From Eledone cirrhosa (lineage: Eukaryota): a stretch of DNA of 64,000 nt. The number at the start of each line of letters is the position of its first letter. Position 1 is the stretch's first letter. The notes below the pieces were generated by a model. It made no database searches, was not told the origin of the DNA, and saw nothing but the letters and a program-made list of their open reading frames with translations. The stretch is taken from NCBI GenBank assembly GCA_964016885.1, contig OZ024742.1, positions 18,042,001 to 18,106,000 on the forward strand, written 5' to 3'. Shown piece after piece: positions 37,441 through 50,059 of this stretch. A program made the translations under genes and the position numbers.

Positions 37441-40400
37441 ATCATGAATGGTAGATTATATGATACATGTTGATTCAAATGTTAATTTTGTATAGTATTT
37501 TTAACAAGATAAATGTTGCCAGCCCCATGCCAAATCATTCTAATATTTTTTAACCATTTGTGGGACTAGATTTGGCTGTGTTTCTTGTACCTTCATATTT
37601 TGTCTTCCATTTTAGTTTGGTAACCATATCGATGTAAGAACTGGCAGATGGACAGCCCTTGACATGGGTATCGGAGCTGGTGTAGATTCCTATTTAGAAT
37701 ATTTAGTTAAGGGATCAATTATGTTCAACTCTCCAGAAATGTTAGCAATGTTTAATGGTAAGTTATAACTATCTCACATTTTCATAACAATTAAAAAAAC
37801 ACAGCAATAATCACTGAAGGTGTCACAGAAATGTGTCAAAAGAACTTTGAGAAATTATATTTATATTTCTAACTGTGAGTCAGTCAATGATAAACATTGA
37901 TTGCCAGCTAAATTATTTCTAAAAATATACTGAAGTGAAAACCAAACCAAACAGTGAGTGTGTTTTACTATTTTTGGCAATATTAGGACATGACCCTCCC
38001 AAATATAATAAAGATTTTTTGGGGGTTTAAAAAAATCCTCTTTTATGAATGTAGAATCTCGACTCAGGCTGGAGAGGAATGAGTCATATGATCCATTTGA
38101 TATGTATTGTTAATTTGTAGAAATATTGGAGCACATTAGTTCAGAGAGGAGGTTGACCAATGTTTTGTGTATGAAATTTGGTATATAGAAACTGTGCAGA
38201 AGACCATGTGTTTGTATCTGTTTATGTCTCATAATTTAGTAGTTCAACGAAAACAAGTGCCAAAGTTGAAAAATAATTACTGGGTCGATATGACTGGCTA
38301 AATCTCTTGAAAGCTGTTCCTCAGTGTGACGACAGTCTAATGACTGAAACCAGTAAAAAAATTTTTTTTTTTTATTAATAATAATGAAAATTATTGTGTA
38401 CATTACTCAGGTGCACAACAACTCATCAAAGGTGCATGTATAGTACATAGAATAATGTACAAATGTCAGGAAAGCGAACAGGGTATGAGTCATGATATAC
38501 ACACAGACACATGCGAGCGTGTGTGTGGAGGAGGAATATCAGGTGTAGTGGTGGCGAATTTCAGGAAGCATGGAAGTGTTTAAGGCTGCAGTGTCTCAGC
38601 AGCTAACAACCGATGAAGGTGGTTATTTGTTCTATATCTACTTACTAGAATGCAAAGTGTCTATTGAAAAATACCTGAAACGTGATGACTGGTACATGTG
38701 GGGCAATATGAAAAAGGGTTCTATCACATTACCTGTGTTTACCTCTCTTGACTGCTACTGGCCTGGTATACAGGTAACTTATTTTTATTTCACCTATTTC
38801 CACCACTTGTTAAAATCTTATTACAAAAGTCTTAGAATGTAAAGAAATTCTTCTGCTTGCCTTTTTTGTCAATGTAATATCTATTATAACAAATATTGAA
38901 ACTCTTTGAGACCAAACTTCCTCCAAAAATATTCCATTAGAAAAAGCATTAACCAAGTTTGCATAAAGGATTTATTTATCTTATTATTATTATTTTTTTT
39001 CCTCCAGAGTTTGCTCGGGGAGAATGAAAATGCTATGAAAACTCTTCTGAATTTTCATCAAGTATGGAAACAATTTGGTTTTGTTCCTGAATTCTACAAT
39101 ATTCCAAAAGCCGATGCTCATGCCAACAGAGAAGGATATCCTTTGAGACCAGGTTAATTAGAAAATAACTGTATTTTCTTTAATAGTCTGCTTGAAATTC
39201 CTAGCTTTTATTGTGATTTTAAATTTAACTATATTGACCTCTCAAGACAATGAGAGAGCCTCTAAGTCAAGAATGTGCAATCTTTTTCAAGTAGTGGGCC
39301 ACATAAGATATGGCTCTCATGAGGTGAGCTGCACTACTAAAAAATTCAAGGAAATTTTGAAATTAGGTGTAATATTCAGAAAGTCAAATGAGCTACAGTT
39401 AGCCCGTGACTGCTCTAAGCAGTGGCCTAATCTGCTAGAAATAGCAGCCAATTCCTCTCCAAATCACATACTAATATCTTAACCTCTTTTGATACTAAAC
39501 CAATTGAAATTGTCTCTGGTGTTATAATACAAACTAATTTATTCAGCCCATGCTTGCATGGAAAAGTTAATGTTAAATTATGATAATTTTATGCAAGAAT
39601 CCTTGTTAAGCTATGTTCCAAACACCAACTTAACAAGAAATATAGTAATGGAATGGTTTAAGATAAATGCCTAAGCATTGAAAATTTCAACGATGGGGTC
39701 AATAGAAGTGTTTCAAGAGTCCATAAAGGTACCAAGAAACAATGAATTATGAAGTAAAGCTCACCAATTTTTAACTAAACTTTAGTGTCATTGTAAATGT
39801 TGTTTTGTGCTGTAGAGCTTAGGATGGTTTAGAATAAAAAGGGTTGGATGTCTCTGTGTCTGGTCATTGCAGAAGTAATATAAAAGAAATGACATTTTTA
39901 TTTCTTCCTGTCAGTTATATATTGATTACCTTTTCAATTATATATGTTTTTATCTTTATAATCTTCAGAATTGATCGAAAGTACTATGTACTTATACCAG
40001 GCCACTAAAGATCCATACCTCCTACAAATTGGAGTGGATATGTTGGAATCTATTGAACAAGTCACAAAGACCAGATGTGGTTTTGCTACGGTAAGAGTTC
40101 ATTACACAATACAACCTTTTTGATACCAAACCACTCAAAACTGCCCTTGGTTCTCTTACAAAACTGTTTGCTTTAAATTAATTATTTATCTAAACCCTTT
40201 AAATTATGTTTTAAACACCAGCTTAATAATGATAAAAATACCGATATTACTTAATCCTTTCAAATTTTTTTAATTATATTTCAAAATAAATTGAAAAGAT
40301 ATGGTATTGAAAGGATTAAGGATTGAAAGGATTAGGAACATACTAGTATTCTTTGTATTACTCATAATGTCAGTCAGTACTATATGAGTAGACCTTTGAT

Positions 40401-41710
40401 ACAGTGGTTACCTGGTTTGGATTAGACCCCCCCCCCCAATTTTACAGATCAAAATTAGCTGGGTGCAAGTAATTGGAATTGAAAAGTTATACATACAGGT
40501 ATTAAATTTTAAAATTCTAACAATCCTGAGGGCATAAATAAATTGCTATGGCCGTTGCTGGTGGGAGCCCCCACTACAGGGGGCCCTGGGCAATTGCTCC
40601 TTTTGTCCCACATTAAATCCGGCCCTGGTGGCTACCAGTGAACTGTTATGTTAACATCTATTTATATTGTGCTGCAGTGAGAATGGATAAAGTAAAATTT
40701 CTCAAACTATAATATAACTCTTTAAATTCTTTGATAGCATTTAGCAATAATTCTATACAGTTCATGTTGAATGTGTTTCAGTGTTTGGTTTGTATTTGCC
40801 TGCATCAAATATTGGAGATGTTAGTTTTAAAATGTTGTAGTTGTATATACCTGCAAATATCTTGCTATATAATTATGTTTTATTGCAGGTGAAGGATGTG
40901 ACAGATCACCGCCTTGAAAATAGAATGGAGTCATTTTTTCTAGCAGAGACTTTGAAATATATGTACCTACTTTTTACTCCTGATCATTTCATCCATAACA
41001 ATGGAAGCAGTGGTGAAATCATTCAGACTACTTATGGAGAGTGTGTTATTGATGCTGGAGGTTATATCTTTAATACCGAGGGACACCCTATTGATGTAGC
41101 TGCTGTACATTGTTGTAGTGCAGTGAAAAAACAAGATGATGACATCCTTTTTAAACTTCATGACAACTTAGATTTGTTAGCACTGTTGGGTGCTACTGAT
41201 GAGGGACAGCATTATGGAGGACAGAAATGGGGGAAGAAGAGAAGAGATCAACAGACAGAACATAGTGGTACTTTATCAGAATCTAATTCAGAAGATTCTT
41301 CTAAAGAGACTAAGAACTCTTCTAGTTCTTCAAATACAACAAAATCTGAAAGCAAAGCTAGTAATCAGACTTCTTTTGTTTCAGATAAAAAAGGGAAATA
41401 TGAGGAAAATATTAAAATAAATGGAGAAACCAAAAAAGAGAAACCTTTCCCAGAATCAGACAATAGGGGTGAAAATACATCCAACTCACATGGTTCAAAT
41501 ATTGACCAAAACAACCAACCAGAAAAAGATTCTTCACATAGATCTGATGAACCAAATGTAGTTGACCTTTATAAAAGCTTAAAAGATTTTGAGATAGGAT
41601 TCAAAGCACCATATTCATTAATGTATTGCCCAGCTCAGCCATTCCATATGAAGCTTTCTGTGATGGGGGAAATGTTTGAAAACAGAATAGCACCTTTAGG
41701 AGAAGAATAA
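28166..41710 (+). CDS. EDEM2: ER degradation-enhancing alpha-mannosidase-like 2 (GH47), 10 coding exons, 2070 nt, 689 aa
   Basis: Exons 28166-28284, 33394-33504, 34616-34761, 35577-35702, 36819-37030, 37616-37757, 38649-38773, 39008-39152, 39969-40090 and 40889-41710, all GT-AG with matching phases. Signal peptide, [61 protein letters not shown] and C-terminal CPAQPF. Confidence 0.93.
28352..28474. repeat. Near-perfect inverted repeat (56-bp arms, 11-nt loop)
   Basis: Arms 28352-28407 and 28419-28474 differ by one mismatch. Confidence 0.9.
32644..32868 (-). mobile_element. RTE-type LINE 3' end
   Basis: [38 protein letters not shown]...DRDKWR followed by an (ATG)n-type tail. The tail is shared with SINE-like copies at about 32520-32620, 33245-33320, 34240-34430, 44460-44730 and 49470-49690. 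Confidence 0.8.
32884..33109. repeat. Imperfect foldback (~98-bp arms)
   Basis: TATAAAGAAAGTGTTCAATCGCAG ... GCCACTAT pairs with ATAGAGGCC ... GAGTATTTTCTTTATA. Confidence 0.9.
33394..33504 (+). CDS. EDEM2: EDEM2 exon 2
   Basis: [36 protein letters not shown]; AG/GT boundaries. Confidence 0.95.
34616..34761 (+). CDS. EDEM2: EDEM2 exon 3
   Basis: [17 protein letters not shown]...SVFETNIR; AG/GT boundaries. Confidence 0.95.
35577..35702 (+). CDS. EDEM2: EDEM2 exon 4
   Basis: [15 protein letters not shown]...[21 protein letters not shown]; AG/GT boundaries. Confidence 0.95.
35967..36170. mobile_element. piggyBac-like MITE with TTAA target duplication
   Basis: TTAA|CCCTTTCGCATTTA ... TAAATGCTAAAGGG|TTAA. 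A second copy lies at about 33748-33967. Confidence 0.8.
36819..37030 (+). CDS. EDEM2: EDEM2 exon 5
   Basis: [14 protein letters not shown]...[22 protein letters not shown]; AG/GT boundaries. Confidence 0.95.
37616..37757 (+). CDS. EDEM2: EDEM2 exon 6
   Basis: [33 protein letters not shown]; AG/GT boundaries. Confidence 0.95.
38649..38773 (+). CDS. EDEM2: EDEM2 exon 7
   Basis: [30 protein letters not shown]; AG/GT boundaries. Confidence 0.93.
39008..39152 (+). CDS. EDEM2: EDEM2 exon 8
   Basis: SLLGE...[14 protein letters not shown]...REGYPLRP; AG/GT boundaries. Confidence 0.95.
39969..40090 (+). CDS. EDEM2: EDEM2 exon 9
   Basis: [15 protein letters not shown]...CGFAT; AG/GT boundaries. 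Confidence 0.95.
40889..41710 (+). CDS. EDEM2: EDEM2 exon 10 (terminal)
   Basis: [29 protein letters not shown]...FNTEGHPID...CPAQPF...; ends in TAA. Confidence 0.95.
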   Translation: MKDVTDHRLENRMESFFLAETLKYMYLLFTPDHFIHNNGSSGEIIQTTYGECVIDAGGYIFNTEGHPIDVAAVHCCSAVKKQDDDILFKLHDNLDLLALLGATDEGQHYGGQKWGKKRRDQQTEHSGTLSESNSEDSSKETKNSSSSSNTTKSESKASNQTSFVSDKKGKYEENIKINGETKKEKPFPESDNRGENTSNSHGSNIDQNNQPEKDSSHRSDEPNVVDLYKSLKDFEIGFKAPYSLMYCPAQPFHMKLSVMGEMFENRIAPLGEE

Positions 41711-41958
41711 ATTTAATTTAAATTTGTAAATGTTGACTTCAATTTTTGCAGATGTGCTTGTGTTGAGGGTAACCTCATGACCATATTTCAATTCATAGTC
41801 ATGATCATTCCACTTCACTTATATCTCTCATTCTTTTGAGAAATGTATGAACATCACCTAATCTTATTTCCTCTGTGTTTATATTTGTGTACAGTAGTTC
41901 AATGAATCTAATCAAATCAAGAGTGATCCATCCTGCAGATATTATTTCTTTGATGACT

Positions 41959-42087
41959 TACTTCCCTTGCCATTTTGAGTTCAAATCCCGCTGAGGTTAA
42001 CTTTGCCTTTCATCCTTACGGGGTTGATAAAATAAAGTACCAGTAATACACTGGATAATTGCTGGCCTTGTGCCAAAAGTAGAAACA
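41959..42087 (+). mobile_element. 5'-truncated SINE with an 18-bp target-site duplication
   Basis: ATTATTTCTTTGATGACT at 41941-41958 and 42088-42105 flanks a B box plus central-domain SINE body. Confidence 0.85.
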
Positions 42088-42320
42088 ATTATTTCTTTGA
42101 TGACTAATTCAAAAATGTAACTTTTGTGATCCAATTGATTCTTACAAACTGTAGCTTTGATAAAAATACTGGTTTAAATAAGTCCAAAGAATACATTGAT
42201 CCTTTCATTACCCTTTCCTCCAAACCAAACCATTATTTTTTTTTTTTATGAAATAACTAATAGTAATAATTGAAATCTGGTCAGAAAGTTAGCTAAACAA
42301 AAGTTTGAGAATGTCTTGCT

Positions 42321-43821
42321 ATGTGGTTTCATGTAGTACAGGACATTAAGTCAGTGTATATACCTAACTTGTGGTTTCATGTAGTACAGGACATTAAGTC
42401 AGTGTATATACCTAACTTGTGGTTTCATGTAGTACAGGACATTAAGTCAGTGTATATACCTAACTTGTGGTTTCATGTAGTACAGGACATTAAGTCAGTG
42501 TATATACCTAACTTGTGGTTTCATGTAGTACAGGACATTAAGTCAGTGTATATACCTAACTTGTGGTTTCATGTAGTACAGGACATTAAGTCAGTGTATA
42601 TACCTAACTTGTGGTTTCATGTAGTACAGGATATTAAGTGTTAATGTATATACCTAACTTGTGGTTTCATGTAGTACAGGACATTAAGTCAGTGTATATA
42701 CCTAACTTGTGGTTTCATGTAGTACAGGACATTAAGTCAGTGTATATACCTAACTTGTGGTTTCATGTAGTACAGGACATTAAGTCGGTGTATATACCTA
42801 ACTTGTGGTTTCATGTAGTACAGGACATTAAGTCAGTGTATATACCTAACTTGTGGTTTCATGTAGTACAGGATATTAAGTCAGTGTATATACCTAACTT
42901 GTGGTTTCATGTAGTACAGGACATTAAGTCAGTGTATATACCTAACTTGTGGTTTCATGTAGTACAGGACATTAAGTCAGTGTATATACCTAACTTGTGG
43001 TTTCATGTAGTACAGGATATTAAGTGTTAATGTATAAACCTAACTTGTGGTTTCATGTAGTACAGGACATTAAGTCAGTGTATATACCTAACTTGTGGTT
43101 TCATGTAGTACAGGACATTAAGTCAGTGTATATACCTAACTTGTGGTTTCATGTAGTACAGGACATTAAGTCAGTGTATATACCTAACTTGTGGTTTCAT
43201 GTAGTACAGGACATTAAGTCAGTGTATATACCTAACTTGTGGTTTCATGTAGTACAGGACATTAAGTCAGTGTATATACCTAACTTGTGGTTTCATGTAG
43301 TACAGGACATTAAGTCAGTGTATATACCTAACTTGTGGTTTCATGTAGTACAGGACATTAAGTCAGTGTATATACCTAACTTGTGGTTTCATGTAGTACA
43401 GGACATTAAGTCAGTGTATATACCTAACTTGTGGTTTCATGTAGTACAGGACATTAAGTCAGTGTATATACCTAACTTGTGGTTTCATGTAGTACAGGAC
43501 ATTAAGTCAGTGTATATACCTAACTTGTGGTTTCATGTAGTACAGGACATTAAGTCAGTGTATATACCTAACTTGTGGTTTCATGTAGTACAGGATATTC
43601 AGTGTTAATGTATATACCAAACCTGTGGTTTCATGTAGTACAGGACATTAAGTCAGTGTATATACCTAACTTGTGGTTTCATGTAGTACAGGATATTAAG
43701 TGTTAATGTATATACCAAACCTGTGGTTTCATGTAGTACAGGACATTAAGTCAGTGTATATACCTAACTTGTGGTTTCATGTAGTACAGGATATTAAGTG
43801 TTAATGTATATACTAAACCTG
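42321..43821. repeat. 48-bp minisatellite, ~31 copies, with occasional 50-bp variant units
   Basis: Unit TTGTGGTTTCATGTAGTACAGGACATTAAGTCAGTGTATATACCTAAC. The variant has GATATTAAGTGTTAATG. Confidence 0.97.
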
Positions 43822-45424
43822 TTTTCTTTCAATTTCTTGAGCAGTGAAACCTTCCTTTCCTTTCTCTTATACATGTATTTGTCATTTGATTACATCCTTT
43901 TCTTTCCTGAATTTGTGTTTTTAACAGAAAAGACTGTCTTTTACAACAAAAATGATAACTGACAAGTAATAAAAATACCCACATACTAATAGACCATCAG
44001 GTAATGGTTTCTGTTGCCATTCAGATTTGTTCAATCTTATAGAATGGAGTTAACATTTGAATCTTCTTTTTCAACCTATATTTTCTCACTGGAGTGGTTG
44101 ATACAATTACTGGTATACTAAAATATGTACTGCTATTAGAAGAATTGAAGTAACAGCAGTCCCTTCTCACCATGCAACTGCTGTTGCCCAACGGAATGGT
44201 AAAAGCCAATACAGCTTGTCACAGGTGAACTCAGAATGTTAAGGGCCAAAAGAGACACAGCAAGACAACATATTTGACTGGGACTTTATCGAACCAGAAA
44301 GAATGAAAGGCAAAATTAACCTTGGCAGGATTTGAACTCAAGAGCACAGAGATATGGAATAAAAGATTCAAAGTATTTTATCGTCACGTTCAAATGACTC
44401 TGCCAATCTGCTACCTTATGAAACAGTAAAAACAATGATAACAACATGAACAATTACAGTGATAAAATGCCCAGTCCACACTGGAAAGTGGTTGTGTAAG
44501 TGTTAAGACAAAGAGTACCCAGTCCACACTGCAAAGTGGTCATGTAGGTGTCACAACAAAAAGCACCCAGCCCACACTGTAAATGTGATTGGTGTTAGCT
44601 ATAGAAACCAAGCCAAAACCAATCCTGTATGAGCAAGTCATGGTCATTGGACCTGGCTTGTCTCACAACAAGGCAACCTGTCTAACCCATGCAAGCATGA
44701 AAAATGGACGTTAAACAGTGATGATGATATTATAATATCTGACAGTTGAGAACAGTAAGAAGTAAAATGATTATTATACAATTCAGTTTAGTATAAGTAC
44801 ACTGTCTCCCTGTGTGTCGTAAGTGGAAACTTATTGTATCGGAGTTAGAATAAGTACACTGTATCCCTGCGTGTCGTAAAAAAGCAACTAAAAGTGTTGG
44901 TGTCAAGGGATCCAACAGTACAACATTGCTTCAAAAGGTCACATCCAACCCATGCCAGCATAGAAAAGTCGGTGTACAAACGATGCTGATAACTCTACAT
45001 CAAAGGTTCTCAACGGGGGGCGTTTCGGAACTCCAGGGGTGCGTTTAGAGCCTAGGGGGGCGCTGGAATGCTCTTTACTTTGGTAAGTTTTATAAGCCAT
45101 ATTTGTATGTCTTTGAGACAGCCAGTGTAAATGCATTTGAATGAGCATGCAGACAGCATAACTATGGTCTGACCGCAGGTGTGCAGGCGTGTATAGTAAT
45201 TGAGATCCTAAAAATGGAAAAACCCACGGTCAACTGGGTCAAGGACACTTTGAGCGCAGCCAGTTAGAATCTTGTCTTTCCTTCACCGATAACAATGTAT
45301 TTCATGTCTGAAGTTATTGGCTCAACCGTAATGAGTTAACACTATGTAGATCTATTTTATTCCCTATTGTATAAATAATATTACAAATAAAAAAGAAAAG
45401 AAAAAACACAGAAGCGGGGGGTAG

Positions 45425-45890
45425 CACACACACATCTAGGACCACATGCAACACATAATCAGATAATACACACATCTAGGACCACATACACGCAGGTAAT
45501 ACATACATCTAGGACCACATACAACAAATAAGCAGGTAATACAAACATATAGGACCACATTTAACACATAATCAGGTAATACACACATCTAGGACTACAT
45601 ACAACACACAGGCAGGTAATACATACATCTAGGACCACATACAACACATAAGGAGGTAATACGCACATCTAGGACCACATACAACACACAAGCAGGTAAT
45701 ACACACATCAAGGACCATATACAGCACATAAGGAGGTAATACACACATCTAGGACTACATACAACACACAGGCAGGTAATACATACAGCTAGGACCACAT
45801 GCAATACATAAGCAGGTAATACATACATCTAGGATTACATACAACACAAGCAGGTAATACATACATCTAGAACCACATACAACACACATT
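45425..45890. repeat. 40-bp minisatellite (~11 copies) inside the hAT element
   Basis: Unit approximately TAATACACACATCTAGGACCACATACAACACACAAGCAGG; GGTAAT recurs every 40 bp. Confidence 0.92.
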
Positions 45891-46943
45891 GTATCGTGCT
45901 ACGGAAGACGCAAGAGTAATGGTCGGCCAACATAAGGGTTTCGTCACTCTTCTGAAGAGAGAAAAATCTATCTGTATTTGCTGTTCATTGTGTCATTCAT
46001 CGACAACACTTGGCTGCGAAGAAACTCAGCGAGCCACTGAGCAAGTCCTTGCAGGTGGCCATTGATGTCATCAATTTTATCAAACGGCATTCCCTCAATG
46101 AACGAATTTTCCAGCAACTGTGCCAAGATAATGACGAAGAATTTGTTAAGTTGCTCCTTCATACTGAAGTGAGGTGGCTTTCAAAGGGCAAGTGCCTTAC
46201 TCACTTCTTTGAACTCTTTGATTCTATCATTGAATTTCTGCGAGGACGCAACATAGAACTGTACAAGAAAACCCTCGATGTGAGGCAAGACTGCACCTAC
46301 CTCACCGACATCTTCGACAAATGCAATAGCGTCATTTTGGCTTTGCAGGGGAAGATCACCTTGCTTAAAACAAGGAATGCTGTGAAAAAATTCCTGGCCA
46401 AATTGAATGTCATTGAAAAGAATCTTTGTTGACGGGAATTCTATAATTTTCCTAGTGTCGCCAATGCTCAAAATATTGTAAGCAATGACCAACTCCAAAT
46501 TTATACCGCTCACTTCCGTGCATACAAGACATGAGAGACCAGTTTGTTGACCTTTTGCCGATGGACATCCCAATGTGGATAGCAGATCCCTTCATAGCTA
46601 CCGTCGACGATTTGGACGTTAAATTTCAGGAAGAATTCATTGAACTTCAAGCAGATGACATGATCAAAATCAGATTTCCCAAAATAGGTGAACCCCTTTA
46701 TGGATGCAAGAGGAAATTCAGCGTCGATTTCCACACCTACATGCAGACGCTAAGAGATTTGCTCCGCCTTTTCCAAGCTCATACTTAGTCGAGAGGGGGT
46801 TTGGCGCTGTTTCCAGACTGTACAGTAAGGCTCGCAACCGCTACAATGTAATTACGCGTGGAGATCTCCGGCTACCTCTTACGAAAATCCAGCCTGGCGT
46901 CAAAGAGTTAGCTAGACTCCATGAAGCTCAAGGGTCCCATTGA
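45890..46943 (+). pseudogene. hAT transposase C-terminal remnant with stop codon and frameshifts
   Basis: HCVIHRQHLAAK, LLLHTEVRWLSKG, FPSSYLVERGF and RGDLRL.LT.IQP. Confidence 0.9.
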
Positions 46944-48185
46944 AATAAGGTCAAAGTTAAAGTAAGTTGATTTATCCAAAAACTTGGATATGCTATTGTT
47001 ACAAAGTAAACTAACAATTTTTTTATTTGTACTTGCAGTCTGACTGAACTGGAAACCATCTACTTCAATTCACTTACTCATTTGTTGTATATATTTTACC
47101 ATTTACTAATAAATATACCCTCTTACGTGGTCATGAAAACCCTCTTCCGTGGTCTCTAAGCTCACAAAGCGGAGGGGACAACAATTTAGATATCAACATT
47201 TATCCTGTCCGTTTCATTAAAGGGAACATTGGAAAGCTTTGAAATGATATAATTGCCACTATCTTCCAGATAAGAGCACTCTTGGGATAGACAGAGTTGC
47301 TCTTGTATAAATGTTCAAAATAGTTGGTATCGCCTGGTGGGAATATAACATGTTCAACTGGTCCTTATTCATAAAAAAGAACATTTATGTTCCTTTTTTT
47401 TAAATTTATATATTTCCTTTCAAGGAATGTATTTATACTCTCAGCTGCCTGCAATGGTATCTTTGGAATATTGTTAATCAATTTTTTAGTAATCTACTGA
47501 TATCAAAATCAGTAGTATATTGAAAAATGGAAAAATAGGGTAGAGGGCGTTTCGTGATTTCGAGGGACAAAAGTTTGGCCTAAATGGGTTGAGAACCTGT
47601 GCTCTACATCATATTAAAAAGTCATTAATGTTCAGATGGGAAACCTTTTATTTCATTCTTTGTCAAGGTAAAAACTAAAGTACTCAATAAATGTCTGTTT
47701 CAGCAGCAATTTTTAAATAAATGCTAAAACTTTAGTACAATTGAATTCAGGATAATAACTATGTTGGATTGAACATATATCTTCTGTTGCCACTGCAATA
47801 GGTTTCCAATGTGTAGCTCTTAAAACCCATTACATTACTTTAAAATATCTCAATGAAAACAGACTTCTAATACTTAACATTTTCTTTTTACCTTCCAATC
47901 TTCCATAGAAAAATAATTTATGGATTGGAAGCTTTTTCTAATATATATTTTCTTGATTTTTTTAAATTAACAACTTTTTAACAATTTTATTTTTTTTGTA
48001 ATAGTTCTTAAAAATTAACTTTTTTTAAATGTTTTTAGCAATTTTTGAAAAAATATAAATATCAATAGTTCTTAAAAATTAACAACTTTTTTTTAAATAT
48101 TTGTTGCTATCACTTGAATAATTAAAAACTGATATGTATAATTTTAAATATATAAATTAAATTAAAAACAGTCAATATAAATAAT

Positions 48186-48418
48186 TTAAAAATCATTTTC
48201 ACACTTGAAGTATTTCTCATCAAAGTTATTAAATGCTATTGATATGGTACCATTTGAATCAACTTTGGTGCGATAGACATTTGTTTTTTTATCTTCTCTA
48301 GAATTTGGCCAAACCACAGTTCCATCTAAGAGGTTAAATCGCCAGCTGTGCCAAGGACATCGAACACATAATGATCCATTTGGCATTTCTTCAATGTCTC
48401 CCATGTGTAATGGTCCAC
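48186..48418 (-). CDS. RFESD: Rieske [2Fe-2S] domain protein (RFESD-like), terminal exon
   Basis: GPLHMGDIEEMPNGSLCVRCPWHSWRFNLLDG; acceptor TTTTTTTTTAG at 48419-48420; phase 1. Confidence 0.88.
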
Positions 48419-50059
48419 CTAAAAAAAAACAACAAATAAAAAGAGATTATTAAATCTTAGAGAGAAAACACTGAATAAAGATGATGAAATCAGAATAGTT
48501 CTAAAAAATATTGTAATGGATATGACAATCTCTCTAGTGCTAGTACCATAATATAAAGTACTCAATACACCCTGTAAAGTTGGTAGTGCTGGTGTCAATA
48601 AAATATATCCAATATACTCTGTAAAGTGGTAGTGCTCCCAGTATTCTCTGTAAAAATGGTTGTCATTAGGAAGGACATACAGCTGTAGAAACCAAAATAT
48701 GAAATGTATGAGGGTGGTCATCCAACTAATTTAGTCTCAGACAATGTTAACCTGTCCAAACAATGATGAAGGATGAAAAGAAATGATGCTGGTTGGTAGG
48801 AATTGCATAACAGTGATGATGATCATATCAAAAGGTAAGGGGTGTCACCAAAAACTAAATTACAAGATATTAATGGTACATTTTATCTATCCATCACAAA
48901 GAGAATTTACTAGACAATGAAATAGTCCCTCGTTTCACTATGTTGTAATTGGATTACATGTTTTTACTCTTTTATTGCCATCAGTCATTGGGATTTAGTC
49001 AATCATAGTGACTTAATTACTTACTTTTTAGTATAGTATTGATTTTATTGATCTCTTTATTGAACTGCTACATTACAGGATACAAATACAAACAGCAATG
49101 TAAATGCATACAAGGGGATACATACACACATATATATATGATTGATGGAAGTTACAAAGTAGGTAGACCCAGAAAAACCTGGGACAACTTGATAAATTCC
49201 GACCTTGCACACTTGCACCTCTCTAAGACAATGTCACTGAATCGAGATCTTTGGTGCCATGCAGTAATACAGAAGACCCGCCTTCCCTACGTGCAAAGTT
49301 AACCTACAGTCAGTAGGCCCCTCCAAACCAAATATACACCCCAACCCACTACCCCTACCCCCTTCCATCCTTCCACTCCTGCCAACACCACCCTTTCTCT
49401 ATAAAGTTATGTTGGTACCACAACATCCAGTCCAAATTAACAAAATCGTGTAGGAGTCATGACAAAAAAAACCCACAGTCCACACTAATGTGGCCGTGTA
49501 GGTAACATGGTAAAAAGTTCCCAGTTCAGACTGTAAATATAGTTGGTGTTAGGAAGGGCATCCAGCTGTAGAAAACCTGCCAGATAGTCCTATACGAGCA
49601 AGACACGGTCACCTGACCAATCTTGCCTCAAATGGGACAATTCCCATCTAACCCATGCTAGCGTGGAATATAGACGTTAAACAATGATGATGATATATAT
49701 ATATCAGACTTCCATACAATTGTTGTCTACCATATCTCACGAGACATTGGTCAAGTCAAGACTATAGCAGGGGCCACTTTTTACCATTGATTTTTCTTGT
49801 TACATATTCCTCGGCTTATATTTGAGTATATATGGTACATATGAAATATTTCATTTTATAAGAGGCCGTTCATATTTGAATACATTAAGAAGCCACAATA
49901 CAATTGGGAGACCAAAAAATTAATGAGGTAACAAAAGAATTAACACTAATTATTCAGCAATGACAAGCAAGAATACAGAGATTTTAACAGGACACTAGAG
50001 ATAATATACTTTCTATAACAATGTAGCTTACTCTTATGAAAGAAAACAAAAATGTCTTG

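Larger units (their letters stand above)
45001..47601 (+). mobile_element. hAT DNA transposon (Buster/Charlie type), internally deleted
   Basis: TIRs CAAAGGTTCTCAAC / GTTGAGAACCTGTG. Perfect 8-bp TSD CTCTACAT (44993-45000 and 47602-47609) with central TA. Confidence 0.93.

Noticed and set aside
42321-43821. CRISPR-like array or repeat protein (LWFHVVQDIKSVYIPN)n
   Set aside because: Units are contiguous with no unique spacers, there are no cas genes, the context is eukaryotic, and the 50-bp variants break the frame.
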